Assembly: GCA_043228905.1 (NCBI GenBank)
Contig: JBHGNT010000017.1
Location: forward strand, 8,742,001 to 8,806,000
DNA length: 64,000 bases
Source: Azolla caroliniana
Taxonomy: Eukaryota; Plantae; Polypodiophyta
Direction of reading: 5' to 3'
Made by a program: the position numbers and the translations under genes. A model generated the notes under the pieces. The model saw only the letters and a program-made list of their open reading frames with translations. It had not been told where the DNA came from and did not search any database. This document shows, piece by piece, positions 10,401-25,011 of the stretch. Position 1 is the stretch's first letter; each line of letters starts with the position of its first letter.

Positions 10401-12267
10401 TAGTGGCCTTCCTTGCGGCAGTAATACCAGTACACCTTGTGACTGTTGCTTGTTTCTGCTTTGTCCCCGGTTTGGAGGGTGGGTATGCCCCGGCGGTCGT
10501 CTTCGGTTTTTCGGTTATCCGGTACCGATACCGGGTTGTCATTCCTTGCTGCCTCCCGACGTTCCTCTCTTCGGAAAAATCCACGCTTCTGATTCCGTCG
10601 GAAATTTCGGTTCCCTTGTCGCCTCTCTTCTCTGCGTTGGTCGTATTCCGGGGCTTCGTTTCGATCGTACCGGTCCCGGGGGTAGCTATCTTTGCGTCTC
10701 TCCTGTCGGTCATAGTTGTCGCGTCTTGTATCAGCGTATCCTTGTCGCCTCTCTTCTCTGCGTCGGTCGTCTTCCGGGCATTCGTCTCTGTCGTACCGGT
10801 CCCGGGGGTAGCTATCTCTGCGTCTCTCCTCTCGGTCATAGTTGTCGCGTCTTCTATCAGCGTATCTGTTACCGCGTTCGCATTGGTAGCGGTCGTCTCT
10901 CCGGAATCGATCCTCGTCCGGGTTCTGATTGCGCGGTTCTATGTGTCGAACCGGTGCTGCCTGCCGATTTAACAGGTTATATTCGCATCGGTCCGTTGTA
11001 TGGGCTCGAGAGTTGCAGATCACACATTGTGTCCGCAGGGTGCAGTCCATTGTTGAGTGTCCCGAATTTAGGCATGTTGTGCATTGTAAGGCCTGTCAGA
11101 ACCTCAGGTCTTCCTCCTTTGGGAGTGCCCGGTGTAACATCCCCATCGACAAGAAGGGGCTAGTCTTGTCCATTTCTAAAACCCGATCAATAACTTGGTC
11201 CATTGTGCTGGTTTGGAAATCAAGGACTCCGCACATTGTTCGAAGTGGCTCTTTCAGTGCGGCCAGAAAGACTGCTTTGGCTTCGTCTTCGAGTGGTGCT
11301 CTTGTCAGTTGGTTGTGCAGGGTCTGGAACCGAATGATGAATTGTGGCATAGTCTCGTTCTCTTCCTGTCGGGTGGTGTAGAACTGCCCGACCAATTCCC
11401 TTTGCTCAAATTGTCTGTGAAAAAACCTGAGGAATCTGGCCTTCAAGGCATCGAATGTGGCAAAGGTGCCTGGTAAGTGCTTTGCGTGCCATTGGGCCGC
11501 CGGCCCTTCTAAGGTTATGCCGAATTCAGCGATTTTGGATCGTTCGGCTTCGGGCTCCGTCAGTCTTTGGGAGACATGGTTGGCTTCCCATGTTTGGAGG
11601 AATGCGTACACGTGTGCCTCCACGTCGGCCTCATCCCGGTACTTTGGGTATGGGTACGGCATCGTGTCGTCCAACTGACTCTCCTGTTCCCTCCGCTCTC
11701 TGTCCGTTGTTGGCGTTGGTGTGAGAACCTTTGCTTCCTCCGCGGGTGTTGCCGGTGTCCGGTCCGTTGGTTCCTCCGCGGGTGTTGTCGGTATCCGCTC
11801 AGCCTTCCTCGGCGGTTGCCGATCACCGAATTCCAGGGTTATTTCTTCCTCTGGCGCCGGTGTTACTGAGTCGTCCGACCCCTCGTCCTCCCGGTCGTTT
11901 GGTGTGTCGTGGCTGCTTTTATACCGGGATGCAACGCTTCCATTGCTTTCCGACTCCGCCTCAAGTGTTGCGAATGCTTCTGAGTCCCCGTCGCCCACGG
12001 CGAGCGTCTGCAGTATCGTTTCCGCCTCTTGCAGGCTTGTTATGCTACTGCCTTCCTCGGGGATTTGCAGAACCCGGAACTACAGTGCTTCTTCTGCGAC
12101 TCTCCGAAGAGTTTTGGAGAATGACCGATCCCGCCGGATCTCGTCGACGGCTTGCTGCAGGGCTTCCCGTCGTTGCTCGCGTTCGGTGTATCGTCTCCCT
12201 CGTTCGGTGATGTGGTCGTCGTTTGGTCTAGACATCCATCCCCCGATTGTCCTCTGCACTTTGCAGG

Positions 12268-12281
12268 AATCGTGGTCGCCA
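12268..12281 (-). promoter_or_regulatory. PBS of A, TGGCGACCACGATT (tRNA-Arg(UCG)-like)
   Basis: TGG-start motif 6 nt inside the LTR end. Identical in B and C. Confidence 0.8.
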
Positions 12282-12287
12282 AAATAG

Positions 12288-12677
12288 TGTTGTCTGTCTG
12301 GCCGGACTAGCCTCAACACAGGTGTCTATCCGACACTTCTCCAAAGGGGTGGTAAGGATTTGATGCTAGGTTACACGCATAAGATGATTACAATTAAGCA
12401 CGGACGGCAAACAATACGAGATACAGATAAATACGCAATAATCACTATTGTATTACTTTCGTCAAAACACTTTACAAATCATCGGATCCTTTTATAGGCA
12501 TCCGGCAAGGTTACAATCGGTGCGCTTAGGCAACTGACATCCGAATCGGTCCGGATCCGGATCGGTACAACTGTACCGGATCCGTCCCTCCGAATAATAA
12601 TTCTACTATTATTTACTTCCTATTATCCGATCCGATTCCGCCTTCCCACTTGTCCTTGCTCTTCTGACCGGCCAACA
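12288..12677 (-). repeat. 5' LTR of element A (~390 bp)
   Basis: TG...CA ends. Shares the end motifs and the GTGTC-loop-GACAC/CCAAAGGG block with the B and C LTRs, and is adjacent to the PBS. Confidence 0.8.
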
Positions 12678-12968
12678 TGTTCGTTGAACACATACTATGT
12701 ACAGAGCATTTATATAATTTTTGAATAGAGATTCTTGTTCTCTCTCTCTCTCTCTCTCTCTGCCTCTCCTGCGTACTGTTAAGCTCTCCATTAAACCTGT
12801 TCTCTGTTCTCTGTTCTCTGTTTTTTATTGCTTCCGCATGCTATTTGTTTTTACATTATGTTTATTGTTTAACTACTTCCTTCTATTTAGTGAGAGTGTA
12901 TTTTAAGTGCAAATAGCTAAAATTATCAAAACTAGAACTTCGAGAGTGATCAACAACCACTCTCGCCC

Positions 12969-13634
12969 TGTTACCCATAGGGTAAATGACAGTATAGATC
13001 GTTGGCCTAGTGATATCGATAGGAGGAATAACTCCATCAATTCATAGACATTTTCCGATGCTGAGCTCACGGAAACCACATAGACAGGCGATGGGACTAG
13101 TCGATTATGAACATTTTGTTGTAAACAAGTTTGGGAGTGTGGTGCTCCTAAACAATCCCAACTGGAACATGGTCTCAAAATGAGTTGGGACAGATCCAAG
13201 AAGTCCCAAAATGGACTTGGCACGAGCCGGTCCCAATCCCAATCCCAATCCCCAAAAGGGGGTGCCACCCTTGGGTTGGGACTACCAATCCCAATCTGAG
13301 TTGGAACACACAGAAGTCTCGGTCCCAAACCCTGCTACAAAGGGAAAGCATCTCTTAGCATAACGGTTCTTTACATAACGTCTTTGGAAGCCCACCAACC
13401 ACCCCTTAGACTATAAATGGAGGAGCTTCTCCTCATTTTGATTTATTCCCTGATTCTCTTAGTTGGACTTCCCTCTCTCTCCCTCCTTAATCATAGTTAG
13501 CTCTAAGGAGCTTGTAACTAATCTATTTTGTAATCACACTTAAGTAATGCTAATGAAACCACTCTTTTGATTATTCTCTCTTCTTCCCACTGTGTTTTGG
13601 GCTCGTTTCGAGCCCCCCATGTTTTAGGGTGACA
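12969..13634 (+). mobile_element. Possible old solo LTR
   Basis: TGTTACCC...GGGTGACA terminal inverted ends, CTATAAAT near 13411 and a CT-rich R-like tract. No TSD found. Confidence 0.4.
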
Positions 13635-16562
13635 ACAAGGAGTCTATAGACTTTGATAAAATGCTTTGCCTTTGATCACATCAGACTATCCTTTCCACAC
13701 GTCTTCAACTCAACCGAATCCTTGCATAAATTTCCGTAAGAGTCAAAATGTGCACTCTCAATTGTGACACTCATTAGTAAAGTTCTAAAACATCGAGAGT
13801 CACTACTTATTTTCATATGTATTACATAAAACCATTATATTTTTCGTCTCATTGGTCATATTTGATAATCGAAGATGATAATAAACTTTATCTATCTCTC
13901 AACATTTGAACAAATATCTATTTCTTATATGTGGTGTGTGTTATCACCCATTGTGAGGTTTGCTCCCCTCCCCACAAAAAAGCTTGTTTCTATTTCATTA
14001 CATTAGTCTCAAAATGATCTTCATGTAAGTTAATTATACTTCAACAATCAAGCTAATTTCCCACCATACTCTTTCATGACATTCTCTATTAACCTGAGCT
14101 TATACATGCATTGCATAACATTGGTAAAAAGAAACTATACATGAACCATGATCATTTAAGATTTTGACCATTTATTCACTTACACATCTAAAGAGGTCAA
14201 CCCATGCTTCAACAATTTAGTCTTGGAAATATGCTTTCCCATATAGTTTACAAAAACAAGATGCTTTGTCATGATTGTTAGCATATATTTTCATTTGTGA
14301 ATCAAACAAGATTCCATGAATCCAAGTGTTTCAATTTCATTGGGGTCACATTGAAAATTCTTGTACTCAAGAGCTATATTGGGTAAATTACTTTTGGTCA
14401 CACAAAATCAGCTTGTGAAAAAAATGTCATTCTCATTGTGTCCACTAGGCCGTATTAACCCAAAGTTATGTGGACAAGCTTTTATTAGTAGACCATATTG
14501 TGAGGTATTCTTCATGTTTTCGTAAATCCATGTAAGAAACTACTTAAATAAGTAGTTGCTAGCAATACAAAGCTTGCAAATACTATTTAAAAAATGAGGC
14601 CATGTTTTAGTAATTTGTCCCCACATTAATGAACTATATGTTCCTATAACATGAATTTTTCTTGGTAGGAATCATTACTAGATGAATGTTGAAGTCATTC
14701 GTTTCACAATATGATTTTTTGTGGGTTTACTTGAAAAGGCAGAATAATGCTATAGAATATAGATCCTTATTGGTCCCATTTAAAATTAAAAAGGAATAAT
14801 AGAGTTAAATGTAGAATATTCTCATCGAACAAGTTACTTAAATGTATCCTGTAGAATTCACGAGTTCGTTCCTTTGACGATTAGAAACATTAACAAAACT
14901 ATAATGTAGAATATCGCCATTGCACAATCTAGTTTTCGTAATTATCATAACATTGAGCCTTAAAATAAAGGTCTAGGGCACGTTTTCCACTCTCGTACGT
15001 GACTAAAATTTCAATGCAAAAGTTATGACCCATTGACACGCTTTCAAACTTTTAACAAGACATTTTTGTGTTGGAGCTCAATGTGTCAACGCGTTGATTT
15101 TATATATCATACCGTATACTTTAAATGTAAACAACAATTCAATTGAAGGACTAGTCTCATAAATAAAAAAATAAGCACCACGTTACATATATAAATATAT
15201 ATAGTTTTTGAGTTGTAACCTTAATGTTGAATTGTTATAGTTCTTCAAACTAATAGTTTCATCCTAAAAAAGGGTATATAACTTGACTTTTAACAAAGGG
15301 CTAAGGATGCTACAAGCACACATCTCTTCTTTCTTTCTCCACATCGGTGACGTTTCTTTTTCATCTTCCTTGTCTCCTGCAGTGTAAATCCAACAAATGT
15401 ACTCTATATAGACTAGTAATCCCATTCATGTAGGGCTTGAGAGTATGCAAAATCCAAGAAACCAAATAAGAAAAACAAAGGTGCAATTTAGATCATTCTA
15501 AAACGAAAAAGTAGCCAAACAATATGGATTGTGTTTAATCCTACATGGCACGCTTTTCTTGCTTTCTGTACTCAATTACTTTTGGCTCAAGCGCAACAAA
15601 TTGGTGTAGATGTTTGTTGTCTACCACACATTTTTTACAATCACTATTTTGCCCGTCATCGACATGGATTTCAATGTGGGGCCACTCGATTCAAAACTAG
15701 ACATCATGAAAGCATTTCACGTAAAACATTTCCCATTACAAATCACTACATACCTTTTTGCACTGAGTTTTTTTCAAGTCACGTGAAATTATGAGGTGAT
15801 GCATAGTGCCTATCACAAAGTTTGGTGAATCATTGAATCATTGAATCTTTGAATGTGAATCACTTTTGATGCCTAAGAGTCATAACAAATTAGTCTCTGT
15901 GATATTTTATGTTGTCTAAACTCCCCCACCAATGAATAATAATTTGTGCAATATTTTGAACCGAGTAAAAGTAAAATCTTGCATAGAATACGTCACTGTG
16001 AAACCCTAATGAAAAAACCAATTAGAGGGTGGGCCAAATCAACATAAGTATTCGTTGGGGGCACCACTTGGTCTGAAGCTAGACAAAGTGAAAACTCGAT
16101 GAGACTATAGTCGATGCATCAACATAGGTTTCCATCGCGTCCCCCTTGCACAGTGTTTGAGACTATAATTAGAGGGCATACATAGTAGAGTAAGGGGCAT
16201 TTCCAGTCGGAGTGTCTGGATGAATTGTACATAGTGTGGATGCAATCCGTAGATTGGGCGATTTGAAAACGGGGTACAGAAGAGGAGGATCGTCATGTGC
16301 ATGTTTTAAGAAATCAGTGACGACTCGGAGGAAGGGGGCGTGGCGTAGTGCACTGGACATCATGGGTTCCTTTCGTGCCACCGGGAATGGAGGAGGAAAA
16401 GAGAAAGAGAGGCAGGAAGGAGGGGAAAAGTTCCCGACTGAAGGTCAGAGAGATGGGCGGGGGCCGCCCCAGAGATTGCTCGTCCTTCACCACCATGAAT
16501 TAGCTTAATTTACCCCCACCCACCCCCATCCGGTGGTGACAGAAAGCCAAGACAAAGACACC

Positions 16563-16597
16563 AGAAGAAGAAGAAGAAGAAGAAGAAGAAGAAGAAA
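16563..16597. repeat. (GAA)n microsatellite
   Basis: Direct reading. Confidence 0.9.
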
Positions 16598-17189
16598 AGA
16601 GGTAAAAAAAAAAAAAAACAGAGTATGTACATACATACAGACAAAGAGAAATAAATGTATAAATAAAAAAGCGAGATGAGAAGAAATCGTCAATCCCATC
16701 CCATCCCATGCATTATTCCCACGGACATGGTCGTGGTCATGGACATGATGGACATGGTCATGGAAATACTGGTCGTCACAGAGCTGTGAGGAGAGAAGGG
16801 TTTTTTTACGGTGCTTGCTCCGGTGGAATCATGTGGGTAGCTAGAATTGTTGGATTCGACCCAGTCAGGAAAACCCTAGCATAGCAGAGCATGGCCCTGG
16901 CCCTGGCCCTTCTTCACCCATCATCCATCCTTCCAAACATTAGGGCCTCTTTGTCTATAACTTCCAAAAATCGAAGCCATCAAGCCATCGATCCATCATC
17001 ATCTATCAGTCACACTGTTACCCAAGACTGTTTCGATCCATCCATCCATTCAGAGAGAGAAGAGACTGTTTCCTAGACTTCCTACCGGATTGCCCCCATT
17101 TTTTTGCGGTTCAATCTCATGCCAGCTTTTCTCTTGCTCCTTTCCGACTTGGCATAAAACAGGGTGTGTATAAAGTTTTTGATTCTTGA

Positions 17190-17264
17190 GAGTGAGTGAG
17201 TGAGTGAGTGAGTGAGTGAGTGAGTGAGTGAGAGTGAGTGAGTGAGTGAGTGAGTGAGTGAGTG
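17190..17264. repeat. (GAGT)n microsatellite upstream of the kinase CDS
   Basis: Direct reading. Confidence 0.9.
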
Positions 17265-18634
17265 ATAGATATTAGAGATAGAGATCTTGTGAATTGGTGT
17301 CTGTCTACTGTGCTGTAGAATAGAATACTCTTTACGAAAACAGAAGAAGGTGAGAGAAACATCATCAATGTCGGATCTCTATGGTGATCTGAAAAAAGGG
17401 AAAATTTTCCAAATATGCTTATGTGAACTAGAAATTATGCATTACTTTTGTGTTTGGTCAAATCTAGCTTCCTAATTATATGAAAAATTAAGAAGATTTA
17501 ATTTCCAGAATCCTCGTTAAATAGAGAATAAGCATGTCTTAATATGTTAAATTAGATTCTTAATTTTCTTATTTCGTTTCTAATTAGAAAGTTGGCATAT
17601 CCCAACAGAAGCCATCAAAGTTAGACAGGTTTTCTTGGCTGCAGAATCATTCCTAATGCTTTATCAATGATTGAAGGGCATCAACGTGGACAAATACGAG
17701 ATAAGAGTTTCGAATAGGGATAGGGCATGAGACTAGATCTTCCCGGAATGAAGAACATCACATTTGATTGACAACCATTCGTCGAGATGGCTCCATGATT
17801 GAGGGGCATCAAGTCTACAGAAAGTTGAACCTTCTTAATTCTTATCCGGCTTGGCTTATCAGGGTGTTCCTAATGTAGCCCTAGTACCTGAAAAAAGATA
17901 GAAAAAGATTATCTGAACATTGAACATGGAGAGATAAAGATACAGAGAGGCAGAGTCTGTTTCCACTCTCTCAAAATCCTGTGAGAAACTGCTGGATGCT
18001 TTTCCCCTAAATTTTCTGTGAATTGTCCAAATTTTCTTCTTAAATAGGGCATTTCAAACAATGTTGTGTCAAGGTTGTTAAACCTCAGGGATTGGATTTA
18101 CAATTCAATTGAATTCACGTTGATTCAGTTCTGACTGCTATGATGGACTGCTAGAAGTTAATTGTAAACAAAATGGTTCAGGGGAGATTGGTTCTGTGAA
18201 AGTTGGTCTTAATTTTCTTCAATGAAACTGGAACTACCCGTGTAGAAGGATTCGGGAAACATTCTGGATCTCATGGATGACACTATGGAGATTCATTGAA
18301 ATTGAAGAAACAGATAATTTATTATTGTTAAGAAAGCAATGTGGTCAAAACTTCATAACTAGATTGATGTGCTCAGCTATCAGGAGAAAAATACTGACCA
18401 TGACAAATAATATTCTAGATAACATTAACATTAGAAATGGAAAATTTCAAGAACTGTTCTAGTGGAGTCTCTTTGGGAATCTTTCTGAAATATCATCTGT
18501 GCTCCATGTCTTGATATCTGATTTCTAAATTTTTGTATTACAGCAGAATTAAAAATGGCAAGTATTAATCTAGCATTTATGAAATTGACTCATGGCTTTT
18601 AAAAAATTGTTTTAGGAATCGAGTGTGAATAGAG

Positions 18635-21600
18635 ATGTCTTATTCATTCCAAGACAGTGTCAGATCAGTAATGCAAAGAAATAAGAAGAACCATCGATTG
18701 TCGCAAGATGTTAGTTCATCAGAATTTTCAACTAAATCAATTGCTGAGAGTGCAGCCAGCACAGCTAGTTGGCCACCTGCAAACATTAAGCGGCGTTCTT
18801 TTGCTGTTGGTATAGTGAATGCTATTGGAGGTTGTTTTGTGCCATCAAAAAGCAGTCTTGAAGATCCAGAATATTCTTTCCAAGATATTTCAGGTAAAAT
18901 GTTTGTATCTTTTACTATCGATCTTCTAAAAACAATAATTTCAATTATTATTTGAATTAATATCAGTGCTATTATCATGCAGTGAATTCAGTTGGGGCTT
19001 CTTCAGTGCAATCATCTCGAAGCGGTTTCCAAAACACTACTCCAGACAATTACTCTGGTGTGATTATTTTCAAAATGTCTGAACTAGTCAAAGCTACTAG
19101 CAATTTCTCACCTTCACTAAAAATTGGACAAGGAGGTTTTGGTACTGTATACAAGGGGAAGCTCAGAGATGGGAAAATTGTAGCGATCAAGAGGGCGAAG
19201 AAGGTACTTAATATAAATCCATTTATCTGGAGACCTAATTAAAATTAATACATATTAAAAATCTTCCTATCAGAATCTCTATGATCAAGGGGCGTTAGTG
19301 GATTGTTCACGTGGTAACAGTTTTAATCAATTGGGACATGATTCATTATACACTAGGAAAGCCCTTTTCATATTCAAAGGATGGCTAACCCTCGATCCTG
19401 TCCTTATAAATTTCTGTCTTTCACTCTCTCGAGGAAGATTCACATAGGGCATTACTAACTGCTGTCATTTCAGGGTTTTATTAGGTTTCATTTCCCTGCA
19501 TGTGCCGAAATGTTACGCCAATTTGCATTGCTGCTAATGACATCCAACTCCAAACTCTAGATCTAGCATGCCCTGAGTCTGCAATCCTTGAAATGGGGAT
19601 TCATATAGTTCCATTGAAAATTTAATATATAGCTGTTAGGGAGCAAGTTGAGGTGTCATAAAGAAAACTGAATGGAACGAGAAAATGTAATTCATATTAC
19701 CTTGACCAAGAACCTTAAAGCGCTGTGGAACCCGACAAACCTTTGACCATCATAATACTATGTTGCAGCCATGTGCATTACTAAGTGCTGTCATTTCATG
19801 GTTTTATTAGGTTTCATTGCCCTACCTGTCCTGAAATGGTATGCCAATTTGCATTACTACTAATGACATCCGACTCCAGACTCTAGATCTAGCATGTGTG
19901 ACTGAGTCTGCAATCCTTGAAATGGGGATTCATGCAGTTTCATAATACTATGTTGCAGCCACCTTAAGCATTAACAACGTTTCCAGATATTTAGATGAGG
20001 GATCTGAAAAGTGTATAAAATGAGAAGTCTAAATTTTAGAACTGAAGGATTTGGACTCTGGAATTCTTTACAAAAATACTATTTTTAAGAGTCTTGTCAC
20101 ATTCTCGTTTAAGAAATATTAAGAACATTTTAATGAAATAGCAATGGAAAAGTACATTCAACTCACTCAATGGAAGTGACAAGTTAAAATAAACGAGGCT
20201 TGCATCCTTTAACAGAATTATCCAACACTCACCATTATTGGAAATGACATATTAACATGCGGGCATTGATTAAAAAACCTTGTTGCCTCTGTACTATCCT
20301 CCTCTTTGAACGTGTAAGAGACAGCCCAACAGTTATTAAACCGTGTTTTCTGCAACTAAGAATATGTTACTCAGATCAATTTCCCAAAGACTGAGCAATT
20401 TAAAACTTAATGATAGAAGGTCAACCTAAGATTCATCTCATTATAGAATATAATTGGAGCACACACATCCAGATGAAAGATACAGCAACACCTTCTACTC
20501 ACTTCATTGTTGTGTCTGCATTATTCTGTGTGGGTTTCTACATTGTAGTTATGTGATGAGACCAAGACTTCATGCTGCCAACTTCGGCATATGTTTGCAT
20601 TTGACACCTTGATGCATTTGATGATAAGTTGTCCTTTGGGTTAGCTCTTGTTGGCGAAATTAGAAGCAGGAAGTTTCCGTGATTTCCAATTTAGGCTCTT
20701 TTACGCTGGCATGAATCTCCCTGTGGCGTCAATGAGCATATATGGGAAGATTTGATTAATGGAAACAATCTGGCAAGTACTTTTGACGATAAATATGGTT
20801 GATGGTGCGGTGTCATTACACATAGTATATGTGGGTTATTTAAATTTGCTTAAGAGTTATGGATTTATTAATATGCTCAATATATTTTAGACATATAGAC
20901 AGTAACTGATGTGCTCTTCTTTTGAGAAAATTCATGCAGACTACAAATGATGCACAACTGTCAGATGAGTTTCGAAATGAGTTATCCACTTTATCAAGCA
21001 TAGAACATTTGAATCTCGTAAAGTTTATTGGCTATGCTGAAGAAGGACCTGAACGAATCCTGGTGGTGGAGTATGTCACAAATGGCAATCTACGGGAGCA
21101 TCTTGACGGTAAAACTCATTATCAGAGCATGACCATTTAAACATTAGACTATCTATCCTCTATGACATCACACTCTTATATTGTTTCTCTTCTTTCATTC
21201 TTCAATTAAATTGAAGCTAATGCTTTCACATGTTCAGCTCTGTTAGTTCATAGGCTTTAGCAAGCATGCTATACATGATAGTATTTTCAGAATGGTTTGT
21301 TCCCTGTAGAACATTCATTTGTATTCCATATGAGCATCTTTATGTCCTTGTGACCACGTTTATGAAGATATCCCATATTTCATATGAGCGTCTTTATGTC
21401 CTTGTGACCACGTTTATGAAGATATCCCATATTTCATATGAGCGTCTTTATGTCCTTGTGCTTAATTGACCACGTTTATGAAATATTGGGGTATCAAATG
21501 AGAATTTAAAAACCAGATCCAATCTGAGATAATAGTTTAAAAACCTAATAGTAATAAGAATTAATGATAAACTTTTGATTATTGTTTAATCAGCAGCTGC

Positions 21601-24600
21601 TGGAACCTTCTAGAGATCAAGAAGGAAAGAAAGAAATATTAACGTGCTTAAAAGACCATAATGACCTATAATATCTGACAAAGATTTCAACCGTATATGT
21701 TTGCTTGTCAACGCAAGTAACAGTAGTACAAATCCAAAGAAAAATGTCCTATGTGAGGTTCCTAAAACTAAATGGCTTAAAATGTAATCATGAATCATGG
21801 GTAACCAACAATCATGCTGGGTGGAAAGAAAGTTCGTGAAACAAGGTTGGTGATAAACATAATTAAATGACTTCTTATGAAAATCTCGCTTTGATGCCAT
21901 AAATGGAGCATTCCAATGTGGAGTGTTGCTCTATCTGTGGTTCAAAATGACTAATGTTGTAAAAGATGAACATACTTTTGGGCTATAGATAAACTGTTTA
22001 TGAGAATCCAGCTCTAATGCCATAAATGGACCATTGCATTGTTGAGTGTTGCTCTATATGTGGTTGATGTTGAAGTTGTGAGGATTGCTTTGATCTTTTT
22101 CTTGTTCATTGTCATCCTGAAGTTTCTTGTCCCTCTATTGAGAGAGACTTCTTATCTTGTTGGATGTTTATGTGGATACTATGCATTTTGAAAACGTTAA
22201 GGTGGGGATCTAGTATTGTTACATTGATAATGCTATGGTGTTTACATGCAAGTAATAATGGCTACTCTACTCTACCCTTTCTATTTTATTTTTCATAAAT
22301 TCATCAATGATTGATAATAACTGTAGTGATGTACCATCGCAGGGTTATATGGAACAGTTCTTGATCTGCCTACACGGTTGGATATTGCCATAGATGTAGC
22401 ACATGCTATAACATATCTGCATCTTTATGCTGGTAGGATAATTATACTTGCCTATATTTACTCTTTGTCTTTCTGGTGCATAGAACTGATGCCATTAAGA
22501 TGAATATATCTCCAGATCAATCCATCATCCATCGTGATATAAAGTCAACAAATATACTCTTAACGGAAAATTTTCGAGCAAAGGTGGCTGACTTTGGATT
22601 CTCCCGGCTTGGTCCGACAAATTTTGAAGCAACTCATGTGTCGACACAGGTGAAGGGAACAGCAGGATATCTAGATCCTGAGTATCTGAAGACATACCAG
22701 CTAACACAAAAGAGTGATGTCTATTCCTTCGGGGTTCTCCTTGTAGAGATATTTACAGGAAGGAGACCAATTGAACAAAAGAGAGTGGCAAAGGAGAGGA
22801 TAACAACAAGATGGGTATGTTGCCGGGATTTAGTCTTCTGACAGTTTGAGATTTCATGCTTGCATGTGAATTGACTTTCTTGCTGTGGGTGAATTGAATT
22901 TGTATCATGTATGATGTTGTCTTATCTTCGAGAACAGCAAATCAAAATAAACTTAACTAGGTAAAAAACTAAATAGAAATAGAATTACGATGTGACTAAA
23001 GAATCTCCTCGTCTATAGATGTAAGATTCTCAAACCAGATATATTGTACTTTTTGTCTTTAAAAGATCATTAGCACTGGTTGGTCCAGGATGGAGAGGTC
23101 TCCAAAGCGAGGGAAGCACCTGCAATGACGGCAGATAATGACCTTTATCTGTCGACATGACAAGGGTTCTGGTATCGTAGTCCACAGGGCTGGGGCTATG
23201 TGCACAACAAATTGCTATAGCCTCAGTTCTAGCAAGACCCATGCAGTTGGTCCTCATTCCATTACCTTGCATAGTGGGTTGAAACCTTGCTTAAGGAGGC
23301 AATATCTACCTCTTATTTCATAAAAACCAGCACATTGGGGGTTAATATTTGCAATGCCATATTCCAATTTTTGGCATTCTAACATCTTGCCACGTCAACC
23401 TTAGTGCCTCTAGTAATCTGTCCTCAATGATCACATACTTCATAGCATCAGCTTAGAGCTCCAATAGAACTTTTACTCCACATCGCTTAAACCATTTCAT
23501 AATGTCAAGCACCCAGCCACATGAGAGGATATTGCTCTTATTTTTGTACCTTGCATCCTATGTTCCAAGATTGTTTCTACAATCTGTTATCAGGCATATT
23601 CTTAACTTTTGTGATATACTCTTTGCATGGCTAGTACCTGTATGATGCGACCACCTGTTTCTAATAGCATGATAGGAAAGGATGTTGAGGATTTTACCCC
23701 AATTGTCTACATAAGAACATGGATTTTCTCTATTTCATTCCATGCACATAGGGAGAAGTGCCACTCCATAAAGCAACACTTGGACCACCATAGCATTGGA
23801 TGGCATCAATGCTACTTCCAATCCTCAAGTGTCACGTAGGTTGCATCGATTCTTGAACATATAATAACTATTCCAACCTGCTTCCAATCCTCGGCCTATT
23901 TGTTGATGGGACATTAATACCAATATACTTGAAGATTTACACTTGCATTGGTTCTCCCTTTTATATAAAAGTGGGGCAGCATCTTGGTTGTATTGCCATC
24001 ATTTTCATTTTCTCCACGTTAACAGTTAGCCCAGTGATTTGGCAGAACGTGTCCAATACATCAAGTCATCATATGTCTCATGAATTACTGTAGACACTCA
24101 GCTTGCGAGAAGTGATATTCATCCGCCACTAGGTTTTCATTGCATACATTGCATATCTTCATACTAGGGTGATGATGCCATACTGCTATCTCAGCACCTA
24201 ACTTGTGTGACTGAGTTCAAAGTGTTGTTAAGACTCTCCAGAGGGGTGTAATAAGATGTGTTTGGATACATTTCTAGCATTCTATCTTTTATTGGGGGTT
24301 AACATTTGCCAAAATTTGAAATTTTAGCGTCTTGTGTCTTCATCCTTGGTGCCTGTAATAATCTATCTGAGATGGTCAAATGCTTCATTAGCATCACCTC
24401 TGAGCTCCAATAGATTTTTTAATCCCTGTCTTTTAAACCATTTCATAATGTCAAAGCATCCAGCTAGATAAGAGGATTTTGTGCTTATAGCCTTTTCTTA
24501 TCTTGCATCCTATGTTCCAAGCGTATTTTGGCAATTGGTATTTGGGCATGTTCTTGACTTTTGTGATATACTTTATTCTCTTTGCATGGCAAGTACCTAT

Positions 24601-24633
24601 ATGGGCTGAGCACCTGTATTTAATAGCATGACA

Positions 24634-24692
<59 letters not shown>

Positions 24693-24972
24693 AGATGGAT
24701 GTAGCTCAGTTGGTAAGTACCTATATGGGCAGAGCACCTGTATTTAATAGCATGACAGCACAGAGAGAGAGAGAGAGACCCCAGATGGATGTAGCTCAGT
24801 TGGTAAGGTTGCCCAATGGAGACCAGGAGGTCATGGGTTCAACCCCTACATTCCACAGTGGCATCTAGTAAATTAAGAGGATATGTATGGAGTAATAGAG
24901 AGGTGAGAAATTGGGTTTCGAACCCAAGACATAGTGCTAATAGTGTAACAAGTTACCATTAGGGTAAGCTAA

Positions 24973-25011
<39 letters not shown>

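Larger units (their letters stand above)
569..12235 (-). pseudogene. Element A gag-pol, disrupted
   Basis: Pieces 11096-11998, 10274-11050, 7640-10195, 7430-7630 and 569-1792 match B. There are stops at 10274 (CAG>TAG) and 7640 (TGG>TAG), and frameshifts in gag. The first RT Asp is lost (FLAGFSGY vs FLDGFSGY in B). Element D is inserted in the integrase. Confidence 0.9.
1..12677 (-). mobile_element. Element A: decayed non-chromovirus Ty3/gypsy LTR retrotransposon (same family as B and C), 3' part runs off the left window edge; interrupted by element D
   Basis: Order on the minus strand is 5' LTR 12288-12677, PBS, gag, PR (IIDGGSG), RT (VFLDDF), RNase H (DASDVAIG), integrase and ORF2 start. 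All are colinear with the intact 1938-aa polyprotein of B. Confidence 0.92.

Noticed and set aside
23330-24290. DNA transposase (MULE-like) remnant in kinase intron 5
   Set aside because: Only vague coding-like fragments. No motif or TIR/TSD can be supported without a search.
24787-24857. Functional tRNA gene
   Set aside because: A and B boxes are present, but the acceptor and anticodon stems do not form. Treated as SINE-like.
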